NCBI GenBank assembly: GCA_964016885.1
Contig: OZ024741.1
Span: 147,746,001 to 147,810,000 of the forward strand
DNA: 64,000 nucleotides
From: Eledone cirrhosa
Taxonomy: Eukaryota
Direction of reading: 5' to 3'
The notes under the pieces are model-generated. The model was not told the DNA's origin, did not search any database, and worked only from the letters and a program-made list of their open reading frames with translations. Below are positions 61,834-64,000 of this stretch, piece by piece. The translations under genes were made by a program, and so were the position numbers. Position 1 is the first letter of the stretch. Each line of letters opens with the position of its first letter.

Positions 61834-64000
61834 AGAAGAGGCGTCTCAAACTGAAGGACATAAAAGGGCCATTACGTGTTGGAGGAGAGGCACAGTGGGC
61901 CAAACGTGCCTACTATAGGCACAAGGCATGAAATTTAGGGTTTAGGGTCCCGTCGATTACATCGATCCCAGTTCACAACTGGTACTTAATTTATCGACCC
62001 CAAAAGGATGAAAGGCAAAGTTGAGATCGGCGGAATTTGAACTCAGAACGTAAAAACGGAAGAAGTACCGCTAAGCATTTCGCCAGATGTGCTAACGATT
62101 CCACCAGCTCACCGCCATATTTTCACCAGTTATAATGGAATCTGAAATATTGGTTCTACCACGGGCCATAGAAAAGTAGTTCGCGGGCCGTATGTTTGAG
62201 CCGTCTGTTGGAGAGAGAGATAGATATATTTAGCCACAAGGGCGCACAAGAAAAGGGGACAATACAAAGACATGCTGGGGATTTTACATACTGTCGTGTA
62301 AAAAATATAAAAACAAACAATTACAACAATCGAAATCCCCAATAAGGGGGAAGCGCCACAAATGGGTTGTTTAATACCCCGTCGATAGAACAACCCTCAA
62401 CTGCAGGAGCGTGTTGTGCAAGTGCTCCTTTCTTCCTTTTGCTCTCTTCTTCAACCTACAGGCTTATAAACAGAAAAGGCCCAATCACTCGGGCCATTTT
62501 CGCTTCATTCACCCACCTTTCAGTAAATTTACTGGGGTGCAGTGCCTCTCTCTCCACTCTGATTCTCCTTCTAAAGTGATACTTAAAGAAGAGAATCAAT
62601 TGTTGTCCGGAGAGAAAGGTATCTGTCCTCAGTCCTCTCAATCTCGTCCACCATATAACTTCTTTCACCATAGCCACCGTACAGAGGAAAACCGCCTCTC
62701 TTTCGTTTTTGAAAGAGGCTGGCGATTTGATCCTTACTATGGACTCGGCAGTCAACTGGATTTGTCCCATACGCGACAGCAGTTGTTCTGCATAGTTCCA
62801 TAGGTTGGTTACGCCCGGGCAGTGTACAATTGCGTGCAGGACTGTTTCAATGTCTTGCGCGCATCTTGGACACGTCCTCTTGGAAGGATCCCTGCCTGTA
62901 GATCTTGTCACGAACCAGTAGAGCTCCTCGGTAGCACTGCCAGGCCAGCGACCTCTGGAAGTTGTCCATAGGTCCCGGGCGGAAAGTCCTACCAAACAGA
63001 CTAGTGAGCTCATCGTCTTCGGCACCCAGAGTCTCTCCGAGCACATCGTCGCCCTTGTAACGTACAATCACTCTATAGAATGTCGAAGTGGAGTCTCCAC
63101 TGATTGCTGCGCCCGCTTGCCAGAGGACTGTGAGCGCCTGAGCGCATTCAATGTGCCAGGCGCCCATCGTTTTCGGTCTTTCCTTCACCCAGTACTGCAG
63201 CTCCGTCAGCGAGACGAGCTGTGGAAAAGCCTGTCTCACAAACGGTACCCACACCGGTTGGGGGTCGGTGAGGAATACCTGGAGATGCCGCAGTCTCAGC
63301 GCATGTTTGCGCATCATCAGCCACGGCATTCCCAACCCTCCGTTGGAATGGTGCTCACAGCAGACGGATCTCCTCACCAGCGGAGCCTGCTTCTTCCACA
63401 GAAACTGGAAGAGCATGCGTTCCATCCTGGCGAGGTGTTCACGGGGACAAGGCACGACAGTCAAGCGGTAGTAGATGACGGACGCTATGAAAGTGTTCGC
63501 CACCTCCGCTCGACCTTTCAAGGACAGTTTGCACTCTGCCCACTTCTGGGCAGAGTGCAAACACCTTGGCCGTGACCTCGTTCCAGTTTTTCTCCACCTG
63601 GAGGTCTGGACCGAACCAGACCCCGAGCAATTTCACCGGTCCGTCCGTCCAGCGTCCAACGACGCTGTCGGACGTCATCGGTTTGCCTCTCCACGTACCG
63701 AGTTGCAAACCGACAGACTTGTCCGGGTTTAGTTTTGCTCCCGTCAGCGTTTCGTATTCTTTCAGTAAGTTGCTGATCACCCCGATTTCCGAGGTGCTCG
63801 ACACCATTACCGTCACGTCGTCGGCATAAGCCGACGCCGCTTTGCGCAGTCCCGGTTCTAGAGGGATGCCCTGCAACAGCTCCAATTTCCGCAGTAGTGG
63901 CTCTAGAGTCAATAAATACAGAATGGAGGAGAGAGGGCTCCCCTGTCGAATCGAACGCATGATTGCGAACGGCTCCGATAGGTAGCCGTTCACCTTGACC
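60788..64000 (-). repeat. Right arm of young inverted duplication of 52465-55689 (includes Tx1-B 3' part 62228-64000 and SINEs); continues off the window
   Basis: Near-identical reverse complement with the same ORF2 frameshift; few substitutions and a 14-bp deletion at ~62895. Confidence 0.95.

Overview
Eukaryotic, AT-rich, transposon-saturated genomic DNA. The SINE families and (TA)n seas resemble octopod cephalopod DNA, which is an inference. The only host gene is an intronless class A (rhodopsin-like) GPCR (1244-2305, +). Its inverted paralog at 45933-47270 is a pseudogene. The two differ almost only at amino-acid-changing sites (about 50 replacement vs 2 silent codons in about 210 hand-aligned codons). 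They lie in the arms of an old ~49 kb inverted duplication, and each gene sits between its own inverted repeats together with a CRE-type retroelement relic. Other content: a head-to-tail array of three Tx1/L1-clade LINEs separated by (GATA)n, with a (TATC)n tract at the paralogous empty site; a second Tx1 subfamily inside a young inverted duplication; RTE LINEs; three Penelope-like elements; a decayed hAT transposon; a non-autonomous LTR element; and many SINEs. Several non-coding elements in (TA)n carry type I hammerhead ribozyme motifs, including a ~520-nt retrozyme-like tandem/fold-back unit at 43.1-43.9 kb. All calls come from manual reading and boundaries are approximate.
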